From positions 701,267 through 765,266 of the forward strand of contig RHPI01001116.1 in the NCBI GenBank assembly GCA_009103225.1: a stretch of DNA of 64,000 bases. Direction: 5' to 3'. Under the pieces are notes generated by a model that worked only from the letters and a program-made list of their open reading frames with translations, made no database searches and was not told where the DNA came from. The stretch is from Chlorokybus atmophyticus. Taxonomy: Eukaryota; Plantae; Mesostigma and Chlorokybus algae. Below, in pieces: positions 10,834 to 20,888 of the stretch (within the stretch, counting starts at the first letter, position 1; every line of letters starts with the position of its first letter). Made by a program: the position numbers and the translations under genes.

Positions 10834-12510
10834 TTATGCGCGACGAACTCCCACGCCATCCTTTGCTCTTCTAACCATCTTAAAAACACTTCCCGCACCT
10901 CTCATGAGCGCCTCCTTGAAACTCTTCACTTGCACACCCTTATTGCAACTCTCATGGTCATTTGCATGTGCTCCCACGTGCTCACTCTCGGCAACGTCCT
11001 GCACACCACCACCACCATGCTTTTCCTTCTTGTCCTTGCTGATGCCAATGCCTCCTTTGGCTCCCACGGGCTCCGGAACTGCACCTTTAGCCTTCTTGAC
11101 ACCACCAGCAACCTCCACACGTGGAATCACTCCACCACTCGCATGTGACACGCTATTCGTCACCTTCTCTTGAGCTCCCGCTCCCTTATGAGTAACATGC
11201 TCGACCTTGGCCTTCTTCGTCATCTTCACAACCGGTGCTGACTTGGACACCTCCACCTTGGTCTTCTTGTGCATCTCCGCACCCTTGACCTCCTTAATGA
11301 TGTAGAGCCCTCCAACGTTGATGCCAACCAACTCTGTGACACCACGCAGCACTACCCTTCCTATGTCCCCACTAAACACTGTCACAGCACCAACTCTCGC
11401 CGCGATGCGCACAGAGAATAGGCTAACCTCTAGCCCTGGGACATACAAAACCTCTCTCGACAACACTTGCCTCGTCCTTCCTCCAACCTGGGACACGATT
11501 TTGGCTTCTCCTACACCAACCGCGAACACCTCCGTCTTGCCGAACTTCACCTTCATAGGTTTCTCCAAGACCTTGTACTTCGCCAACTTCTCACGATCAC
11601 CCGTCATATGCCTCGTGCAACCCGAGTCCAGCACCCAACCAGCTGCCTCACCATCCGTTGTTGCATGAAAGGCAACAAGCGTTTCTCGAACACGTCCCGT
11701 CATGGCATGATGCTTCTCTCCACCACGCTCCTCTTCGTGCTGCTTCCTCGTCGAGCAATGCACCCTGATGTGGCCCTTCTTCCCGCAATAGTAGCAGAAT
11801 CTGTCACTCCTGGACGCTCCACCACCACTACCACCGCCACCATCACCACTGAAACACCCAGACCCATGCTGAAAACGATCAGTACCTCTTCCTGAAGTCG
11901 CTGAGAAAGCCGTCGCCTCCGGGCCTTCCTCATGCTTCTTCGCTAGCCTTGACTCCACCTGCAGCAATCTTGGAACCACCTCGTCCACCGTGGGTTCTGC
12001 CTCCAAGCCCTCCAAGATTGTGATCACCGTGTCATAGTCATCAGGCAACCCAGACAGTACTTGCCACACCAACTCGGACTCCTTCACCTCATAGCCAACG
12101 CCTTGAAGGTCCTTCTGCAACTCTCGTGCACGCGACACATACTTGGTAATAGGCTCCGCTGCTCCTTGCTTCTTCAATCCAGCGAGCTCTCTCTTTAGCT
12201 GCACCTTCCTCGCGCTATTCTTCGCCTTAAAGTGCGATGCCAACTTCTCCCAAGCTTCTCGTGCAGTCTTGCAGCCATCCACCAACACCAATTGATGATC
12301 CTTCACGTTGAGACCGATCAGGGCAAGCGCTCTCCCACTTTGCTGCTTAAACACCGAACTCTGCTTTGTAGACATAGGGTCAGCCTCCTCCGGGTCCACC
12401 CACTCCCACAAGTCTTTGTGTACCAGCAACATCTTCATGCGCACGCTCCATGTGTTGTAGTTGTCCACGTCCAAAGGCTCCACGGTCACCTTGTCGTAGT
12501 TGGTTGCCAT
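10834..12510 (-). CDS. Intact 558-aa copia Gag - zinc knuckle - aspartic protease with a Lys-rich tail
   Basis: Uninterrupted ORF: DNYNTWSVRMKMLL gag start, CYYCGKKGHIRVHC knuckle, WVLDSGCTRHMT protease. Confidence 0.92.
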   Translation of the reverse strand: MATNYDKVTVEPLDVDNYNTWSVRMKMLLVHKDLWEWVDPEEADPMSTKQSSVFKQQSGRALALIGLNVKDHQLVLVDGCKTAREAWEKLASHFKAKNSARKVQLKRELAGLKKQGAAEPITKYVSRARELQKDLQGVGYEVKESELVWQVLSGLPDDYDTVITILEGLEAEPTVDEVVPRLLQVESRLAKKHEEGPEATAFSATSGRGTDRFQHGSGCFSGDGGGGSGGGASRSDRFCYYCGKKGHIRVHCSTRKQHEEERGGEKHHAMTGRVRETLVAFHATTDGEAAGWVLDSGCTRHMTGDREKLAKYKVLEKPMKVKFGKTEVFAVGVGEAKIVSQVGGRTRQVLSREVLYVPGLEVSLFSVRIAARVGAVTVFSGDIGRVVLRGVTELVGINVGGLYIIKEVKGAEMHKKTKVEVSKSAPVVKMTKKAKVEHVTHKGAGAQEKVTNSVSHASGGVIPRVEVAGGVKKAKGAVPEPVGAKGGIGISKDKKEKHGGGGVQDVAESEHVGAHANDHESCNKGVQVKSFKEALMRGAGSVFKMVRRAKDGVGVRRA

Positions 12511-12610
12511 CTTCCAGGACTCAACCCAACCTTACAAGACTTAGCTAGACCTCCTTGCCTAGCCTACTGCCGTTATCTCGCCTCTAGACACTTGCTAGAC
12601 CAGCGTAGTC

Positions 12611-12623
12611 TGGGCCCATAACC
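12611..12623 (-). other. Primer-binding site complementary to the internal (anticodon-arm) part of initiator tRNA-Met
   Basis: GGTTATGGGCCCA directly after the LTR, matching half-tRNA priming as in Drosophila copia and algal Osser-like elements. Confidence 0.88.
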
Positions 12624-13092
12624 TGTTGAGATTCGGCCACTACAGACCATGCATGGAGTTGGTGCAAGCACAAGTACACACACTCTACCAGAGCATACAC
12701 ACAAGGCTGATCCAAAAGGCTTTCTAAGGATTACAACAAAGTCACACCGCGGGCTTTTATACCCGCCAGTTCTGCACCTGTCTACTCTAGAAGCCACCAC
12801 GACTTCTACACTCAACCGATTCCTGCGCTCTAAGTTGCACCACGTAGCTACTTTTACGAGCTTTCCAACAAGCTATAACACGTGCCATACAATGACGTAA
12901 CCACCGAGCTACAACGTTTCTTCTACAGCGCCTGGAAGTCCCCAGACTCCGAACTCGACTCCGCGCCTGGAACCTTCTCGACTGAAGTCCTCGCCTGGAC
13001 CTTTCTCGACTGGAACCTTCTCGCGCCTGAATCTTCTCGCGGCTATTCTTATCCACAGGGCAAGCTGACTGGATACAAGAATATCCTCAACA
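12624..13092 (-). repeat. 5' LTR of the inner element
   Basis: Direct repeat of 10311-10779. Confidence 0.95.
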
Positions 13093-13112
13093 CACACTCC
13101 TCAAACGTAGTG

Positions 13113-13125
13113 TGGGCCCATAATC
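13113..13125 (-). other. Half-tRNA-iMet primer-binding site of the outer element
   Basis: GATTATGGGCCCA adjacent to the 5' LTR. Confidence 0.85.
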
Positions 13126-13549
13126 TGTTGAAGGACTAGCATGCACATGTAGTTGAGGCAAGCATAGACACACAAAAACAGAGCTACCGCCACCAGAGCA
13201 TACACAAGTCACATCACATTCATCTATTACAAGTTGTCCGCTGGTTCTTATACCAGCCAGTTACACACATGTCTACGTTTGCAAGCACTGCGTAAGCTAT
13301 ACTCAGCCATTTGACGCACTCTAAGCTGCGTTATCTTTCTTACAACCAGAGCTTACAACAAGCTCTCACACGCCTAATATGAGTAAGTATACGCGGAGAT
13401 ACGAAGCAGTTGGTAAGGCTCCAGTCTGGAGTCCGGAGTCTGGTCCGACGACGCCATCTTGCTAAGTCCGGACCTAGTGCTCGTCCTTACGACCTTCTAC
13501 TCCTGTGTGGAGGGTCGATGCTGATCGTATGTAGGAAAAACTCTCAACA
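13126..13549 (-). repeat. 5' LTR of the outer copia element
   Basis: Direct repeat of 5835-6260, followed by the TSD TGCAC. Confidence 0.95.
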
Positions 13550-14396
13550 TGCACAGCCTCAAGTATCTTACACATGACATATACTGTCAATACCACATGC
13601 ACACCCTCATGCACAGCCTCAAGTGTCATGCACATGAACAGCATGACCAATCTCGCAAATGCACAGCCTATTTCTACTTGCGGGAGCTCACAAGTCGCAA
13701 AAGAGAAGCTGCGGAGTACCACGAACGGGTAATCCATGACCTAGTTTAATGTTTACAGCGGCAATTAAGCAATATGCTTGCAGATTGCGATATTGATTAG
13801 TGTGAACCGAGAGCAGCGCGGCAGGATGACTGTCTGCCTGGCGGAGTGCAACAAACGACAGACGAGGTAAGCATGTTTATGCTGATGGGCTGTCCTTTGG
13901 CAGCACGCCACTCTTACAGCATTACTAAATGTCGGTGGTCACTCTCAAAGCGACCACCAAGCGCATGCGCGTGCACGGCGAGGCGCTGACATTCAAGCTG
14001 AAGGACGAAGTAGCCGCAGTACTGTCAGCGAGCGAGGCAGCAGATGAAGATGACTCCGATGTTGAAGCAGAAGACTTGTCGGAGGGGGAGCAGGAGGAGG
14101 GGGTTTGAGGAGGAGTTCTGAGGCAGGCACCATGGGTTGACAAGCTGCGCATGACTGCGACAGCTAGACTCAATGTTTAAGGGTAGCTTCATGCGCAAGG
14201 CTGCTCAATTGCCAGTGGACATACTCCCACCACTGCCGGTATATTGTGTATATTGTGGGCTTATAGGTGCAAGACCAAACAGTCAGTCCAAGGGTTGTAC
14301 AAGCTGCATGGCATGTTAGTGTTGGCTTACGGGAAAATCCGCCAACTCTTGTTAAACGGTAAGAGTCACATGTTAACAGCAGTGTAACGGCAAAGA

Positions 14397-14469
14397 GTAG
14401 TTACGGACAGCTGACAGCAATAGCCGGCGAAAAAATTGCCGGGTATTGCTGTCAGCTGTCCGTAACTAC
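14397..14469. repeat. Inverted repeat/hairpin with 26-bp perfect arms
   Basis: GTAGTTACGGACAGCTGACAGCAATA ... TATTGCTGTCAGCTGTCCGTAACTAC, plus an inner CCGGC/GCCGG stem. Confidence 0.92.
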
Positions 14470-14699
14470 CGGCTAACGGCCGTCTGTGCACATCGACCAA
14501 AGGGTAACCGGTTGAAAACTCTCGGCCGGTCAGTGCCACGGACAACCACTTTCGGCCCGCGGCTGTCTGCGTCAGTTCGCTCAAGCCAATTGCAAACCTA
14601 ACAGTCCAATGAAACATTTCAGGCAGCGGCAGGCAGGCTCAGGCACCCGTTAGTCCCTCAGTCCTTACTCAGTCACCGTGTAAAATTTGCGACATGGAC

Positions 14700-17114
14700 T
14701 GTACACACCAGCTAGGGTCTTAGGGTCTCCAAATTGCCAAAGACAACTTGAGTCTGTAGATGGAGATTGGGCCTCACCATGAAGACTTAATGGTTCTTGT
14801 TGGACGAGAGGGGCTATACCGCAACCGCATGCCTAGGTTTGCCAAATCACAAAAAGGGATTCCCGCGTCATACATCTGTTACACACATGACAAGTTGGTG
14901 ACAAGCAAACAGTCAACCAAAGCACAAACCGTCACAAACATACCTCAAGCTCCTCATCAAGCAGGTTGTAGAGGAACTACCTTCCTCTTCCGCCGAACGC
15001 GATGAGGAGGCAATAGCCGACCTTGTCATGAAAAATATACAGCGTCAGTGGAGGCATGCAACCAGTAGTCAGAGTCGTGGGTGATGCGCCGTTCTTCCAG
15101 GGTCAGCTGACGGTGCTGACTATGTACAGCAAGGCCAGCTTGAGCGGATTGTTGCACTTTGCTGTTACCAACTTTGATGAACGACCAGGAGCAGAGGATC
15201 ATCACGGATCTTGAGAACGGTGAAGTTGTGCCATTGATGATGTTTTAATTTTCCACGTAATTCTGCAAGCACATGTCAATTAGTTAATTGCAGCAAGCAA
15301 AACAAGCAGGCACAAACGTGGGGGGTGGGGGTATACCTTGACGTAGCGGATTAAGGAGTTGAAGTAAATCTTGATTGTACCTGACTTCAACCCATTCTTG
15401 CCATCAACCCGTTCAACACTGCAACAAACAGACAAGAGTCAGCTGAAAGCACATTAAAAGTAATCAGTAGATGCAAACACAACACTTACTGCCAAAGCCA
15501 ACTGCATAGCGCAAGGTTGAGATCCAGATTTCGCTCGGTTGTAAGTTCCCCAGTAATTAGCGTCTCGATCGGTTGCTTCTTTTGCTCAGTAAAGTACCTG
15601 CCAACAGGTTAGCATGCAGATAAGAACAACATTAATTATGAATGCAACAATTATGACCACACAACTATGACTTACACATTCAAGCGGCCAGCCACACCGC
15701 GGTCAACAGCTTCTGTATTTTTTGCACTCTTGCTGACACCAAGCACTGCAATCTTAGCAACTGAGAGCAGGCGTGGTGCCGTAAAGCATGCACGAAAATC
15801 AGCAGGAATCGATGCCTAGGTTGTGGTAGCCTTGGATTTTCTGCCCCGCTTGGGCCTAGGGACAGCACCAGGGCAGGGAGGAGCAGAGTCAGCAGGAAGA
15901 TGGATGCCAGACATTGACTGTGCAAGATGATGCTATGGAGCTCCAGAAGGTAGCGACATTCGGGGAGCCGACACTTAAGGATGCCCAATTGGCCGGATGG
16001 GAGGCGGATGTCAAATGTTGTTAGCCAAAGAAGACTACAAATTAGTCACTGGAGGGTGGCCTAGAGTATCAAGATGCACCTGCATGATAAACAACCAATG
16101 AGAAAAGGTCACAATCGCAAAATCAGATAATATAAAACATAGCAATGTAAAGTTGCCTGATTAGCAGCAACAAGGATGTCAGCTAATGGAAGTCGTTCGC
16201 ACGGTTGGTGGAGAAGCTTCAGCAAATGCCTGTGTGCAAGCAAGGATTTCAGCTTGCTTGTCGGCGTCGGTTGCGAAAACCCGAGTGGTTTATGAACAAG
16301 TTGGTTAAAAAATAAAACATCACATGCAGAATAAAGCAAAATTACCATAAAGCAAATGCAGCCGGAAAGCAAGCTGCAAAGCAAGTGAGCACATGCAAGT
16401 CAACAGTTGAAATACCTGACGGGGTGGTTGCGGAACGGGAAGCTTATGTGATTGTTGGACAGCAGGAGGCTGTCCCTGCTACAGCAAATGATGCTGAGAC
16501 TGTTGTTGAACCTCAACAGGCATAGCATCCTGCTGACGCAACGCAGAAGCATGAAGCTGAGAACGATGCTGAGGAAGTAAATAAGGGTCTCTGCTGGGGC
16601 TCTCGCCATAATCATACTCGTTGTCTTTCCAAGCAGAGTATCGTAAATGCCAAGAAGTTGTTAATTACAGAACAAAAGGCCTATAAACAAAGTAAGCAGC
16701 AATGCAACAAACCAACTAGCACGTAACAAGAAAGCAAAGTTGCTATGCTGACTTGCTGTGCAACAAAACGGGAGCAAAAGCAAGCAGCCAATCAAGCAAA
16801 CAGCTTTGCTTACTTGTTTACAAGTAAGCACTAAGATGTACACACAACTAAAGCAAGAAAGACAGCAGTAAGGCGGCAAAGCCACATCACTACAGTTTAC
16901 TGCTTGCGCAAAGCACAATGCAGCAAAGCAAGCAGCAAACCCGGCAGATCACAAAGCACAACACAAAGTTTCTTACCTCGAGAAGACAGTTGGGAAAGTT
17001 GGAGGCGGAGGGGTGGACGAGTGAGCCGACAAAAGGGTAAGAGCCGAGCTCATCGCCGGTAACGCCGAAAGCCTCGCCATCGTTTATAAGAAGTTGGTCA
17101 AAGCAATGGTTCAT
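14700..17114 (-). pseudogene. Degenerate multi-exon gene: Q/P-rich N-terminus followed by a possible tyrosine-recombinase-like region
   Basis: Exon-like blocks bounded by GT donors and AG acceptors (some decayed): MNHCFDQLL..CLLE | ..QQQSQHHLL*QGQPP..RQ | VHLDTLGHPP..PRPKRGRKSK.. | YFTEQKKQPIE.. | VERVDGKNGLKSGTIKIYFNSLIRYVK | ..SLIAFGGRGR*FLYNLLDEELE. The recombinase assignment is weak. Confidence 0.4.
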
Positions 17115-20100
17115 ACAAGGGCCCACCAACACAAACGCCCCCCCGCCACGCCCGCCGCCCACGCGAATCACGCCACCGCCGCCGCTAAGGACACCGACGC
17201 TAACCAGAAGCGAAGCTAAATCTAACCTTCAAAGAGGTTGGAGGCAGCATTGTGTATTAAACCACAAAAATAGGGTTAACGCTCTAACATAATAACGGGA
17301 AAAAGCCCTCAACCACGACGTTAACCGCGGTTTAAACCAGATAAAGCGTGGTTCAAAAACCACATATTACACCGATGATCAACAAAAGTGACCAATATGC
17401 ACGGGCAAAGGACCGACAATTGACGGTTAACCCGCGGTCGTCGACGCAAAAAATAACGGAGCATTTTCAAGCTTATCAATGCAAAATTTGAGACGATAAG
17501 CTTGAAAGCGCGGGTAAACGGCAACGATCGTGATGACTGTGATGACACGTGGCCTATGTCATGTGACAAGCCGCGGGAGTGTCAAGTTTGCGGCAAGCGG
17601 CAAGCGGGTGACGTCAAGAGCTGACATTCTTAGATATTGGCACAACATTATAGACAATGCTCATAGTATGCTCCTATTGTCACCCGCGTGCTCCGGCATC
17701 GGCTGACAGGGCACCCTCCGCATGATTAATTGGCAGACCGGCCGCGGGCTGTTAGAGCCGGTAGAGCCGGTAGAGCCGCGAAAAGCTCAAGCTCAGATAC
17801 TTGAAGATTGGTAGAATGTTGCCGATATCGACGCTTCGGCGGGGGATCACTCGCCTCGGCATGCCTATAGATTCGCGGGGTGTTCCCCTCGAGGCCGGTC
17901 AATGCACGCAATATTCGCCTCGAGCGTAGCGAGAGCCTCTCGGGTAATACCCCTTACTTGATGCAAGCATGCAGTTTGCAGCCAGGAGTCCTAGCTACAT
18001 GTCGGGCATGCTCATGCACCAGTCATGGTAGTTGTACTAGCGCAACAACTATGCTCACAACCCACTTTAGTTTCACATATCCAACCACCGGGTCACGCAC
18101 CTATGCTATCGCACTACCACTACTCCACCCCGTTAGACATGCATGCTTGCATTTCAAGTCCGTCACCTGCATGCATGTGCAGGTGTTTGTGGCCGGTGTG
18201 TGAGTAAATATACGTGTGCTGCTGAACTTCTCTGCGTGCCCAACTGATTGCATGCGATACTACTGCTGTTGTCGCATAACCCGAGGCAGGCTAAACGCCA
18301 ACTACGCATGTTTGCTGTTGATACTACCAGGCTGGCGTCACACTGCACCCAACCTTACTAGCAGCTTCAGCTAGCAGCTTTCCAGCACACAACAACATGC
18401 ATGCAAAATGCCATCTGATTGCCTAGCATGCAGGTTGTCTTTAGAAAACAAAAAACCCATCGCATCACTCACATGTGGTCGCCACACATTGCCTTCTGCA
18501 CCTGCTGTCAAGTCTCTAACAACGCCAGCGGCATTGTCAATGACAAATTGTCATGCAACATGTGTTGATCTGCCAGTTGCAGGCCGTCGGGTTGCCTGGC
18601 CTTATCACATTCTTCGCAATTACATGAAGGTCCAGCACAACTGTGTGCAGCACATCAAGCGCTAACCAACTCTCCACACTGCAAACAACAACAGACATGC
18701 GTCAAAACATGTGCATTATGTGACAACTCGTAGCATGAGAGTTGGCACATACAGTGTTGACACAAACGACTCACCTGTTGGCAATAACATCCTGCATGCT
18801 GAGGATCTCCGCTGGCCTGTATGCTGTACGGTTTTGTGCCAGGCATGGTTTGATGTTGTAGATACCACCACGTGAAGAGGTGAAAGCATCCCTTTCAGTC
18901 CAGTCCCATGTGGGATTCTCAACACGCACAAGCACGGCTCCACAAGTGAAACAGCTACTCACTGCTGCATAGAAAACAGAAGTTGCGAAGCTTGGGCTGT
19001 TACAGCAGCTTCGTCACTAAGGCCAAAGTGCTCAGGAGTAATGGCGAGATTGGAACACATACACTAAGAACCTTGAGCTTCAGGTACACTATTGATGACT
19101 GGTTAAGCGCATGCACACGCATGTACACAGTACGCGTTTACCTGTCGGGTTCGTTGTGTCTCTGCAACCAGTGCTTATTCCGCCACATAGCATGCGAGCC
19201 GCCTCCCCACAATGCCTTCAGATTTTTCAACTGGTAGTATTCTGGTACCTTGAGCGTCCCACCAAGTACGCCTGTCGGCAGACAAGTCGGAAACACAATT
19301 GTAGATATGCAACAAGCCATATTACAATGTAGATTACTCAGGTACAGATAGTGACCAGCCTTACGCCTGTGCAATCAAGTGCACACAACCCTTTGCTGAG
19401 GTGTCTACCAGCTGAAACCAAAGACGTCCTGATTGTCTCTCAACCTACATAAGGCTTGATAGGTACCCATCCCATTGCAAGTACCAGCATTAGTCCTTGT
19501 AGCGGACATTGTCAACAAGACCAACTGTAGCTGTAGACATTGACAAGACAACTGTCTCACCTCCGTCGCTCCTCTTGTTGTTGTCAAATGAGCGCTGTGA
19601 TTAGAAGCGGCTTGTGACACAACATCCGTGCTTGTGTTAGATCCAAGCTGTTGAAACTCTTCCTGAAGCTCATGCTGTGCCTTCGCTCCCTGCCAACCTG
19701 CTTCATGTGGCAATATTGCTAACTGCTGCTTGCCTACGTCGTCCGCTTGCTTCATAAATAGCTCAGTGCCATGAGCCATGTGCAATGTCTACCGAATATA
19801 ATAGAAGAAGGGTAATCATGGATAATTGCAACGGCCATGGCCAAAGGCTGGAAGAGACCAAGACGTGACCACTACCTGCTCATCGTGTGCAGCTTGCGAC
19901 TTGGTATTGCATTGTGCTTTCAGGCAGCTTTCCAATTGGTAAACTTTACAAAAACCGCTGACAACAAAAGCTCAGCAGGCGCCTTGCCCCAACAGTTCCT
20001 TGCCTGTCGTAACAACGATCATAAGTAGCCTTTATGCATGTTTGTCGAGTTAGTTTACAATAAAACAACTTAGTCTTGTGAAAGCCTGATGTACTATGTC

Positions 20101-20888
20101 AGCAAGGCATGCTGCAGTTTGCATACACATCGACCCGCAAAACACAAGACAAAGTCAGTACGTCTGTCTGTGTGCTGGTGGTTGTTGAGTGCCTGTAGTT
20201 ATGGATGGTAGTGTTCACACACAGCTGTTGGTCACGAACCTAGCCGTGCTTTTGGTAAGACATTGGTGGTTTGAGTAAGTAGATTGACAACAGCCGATAT
20301 TAACCGGCTGACGCTACATCTATCCTGGTTATGTTGCAGTCTCGAGTTTGCGATGAGAAAGCCAAGAAACATGACACCCAAAACCAACTCGCGCAAGCAG
20401 CTGCTGCGTTGGGCTTCACCAACAGCAGCCCAGCAGCGCTCGACACTAAAAGCTGCTGCGCAAAGCGCAGCTGAAAGCAGGAAAACGCAAGTATGCTAAG
20501 AGAGCATACCAGCGGAGCTTCGGCTGGTAAGCGCGCTCAACCCTCAAGCTGACGACCACCCCGCCACCACCGCCGTCGCCACCCAATTGAACACGTCTCC
20601 TGCATGCAAAGCGCCACTCGCTGCGCCGGCGGCGGCGGCAATGTCAATCGCATTCCAGCATGCTTCTGCGGCATGCCATGCTGTGGTATTATGTGCTTGA
20701 AGTTGCAGGCAAAGGTAGCACTGTGTGGAGGATATCGTTAGCTTCGTAGCTATGTGATATTCTAACTTACGCGCTGGACTAGTCGCCTGCTGATCAAGCA
20801 TGCTGCTCGTACTTGCGGGTCGCTGGATGCTATCAAAGTTGTAGCCGTGAAGCTACAATTGCAGCGACTGGCGCTAGCGCTAACAACG

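Larger units (their letters stand above)
10311..13092 (-). mobile_element. Nested non-autonomous copia-type element (gag + protease only, TR-GAG-like)
   Basis: 469-bp LTRs (10311-10779 and 12624-13092) differing at about 4 positions; TSD CACAC (10306-10310 and 13093-13097); PBS at 12611-12623; PPT at 10780-10788. No IN, RT or RH. Confidence 0.96.
5835..13549 (-). mobile_element. Ty1/copia LTR retrotransposon (outer element), inactive
   Basis: Two ~425-bp LTRs with TG..CA ends; 5-bp TSD TGCAC (5830-5834 and 13550-13554); PBS at 13113-13125; PPT at 6261-6269; domain order gag-PR-IN-RT-RH. Confidence 0.97.

Noticed and set aside
10288-13139. Duplicated small ORFs within the LTRs (e.g. MHGVGAST.., MPYNDVTT.., MDKNSREK..)
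   Set aside because: Their identity simply reflects LTR duplication; no domain signal.
15680-16640. Alternative genetic code (TAA/TAG = Gln) suggested by stops at Gln-like positions
   Set aside because: Intact host genes end in TAA and TAG (Yip1, WDR18, MATH-2, yjbQ), long host ORFs have no internal TAR, and TGA stops at Arg/Trp positions also occur in the pseudogenes. C>T decay explains all of these.
17726-20800. Several exon-like fragments (e.g. 19405-19785 minus, 18771-18962 minus, 20284-20530 plus)
   Set aside because: Could not be assembled into a coherent gene or assigned to a family by eye.
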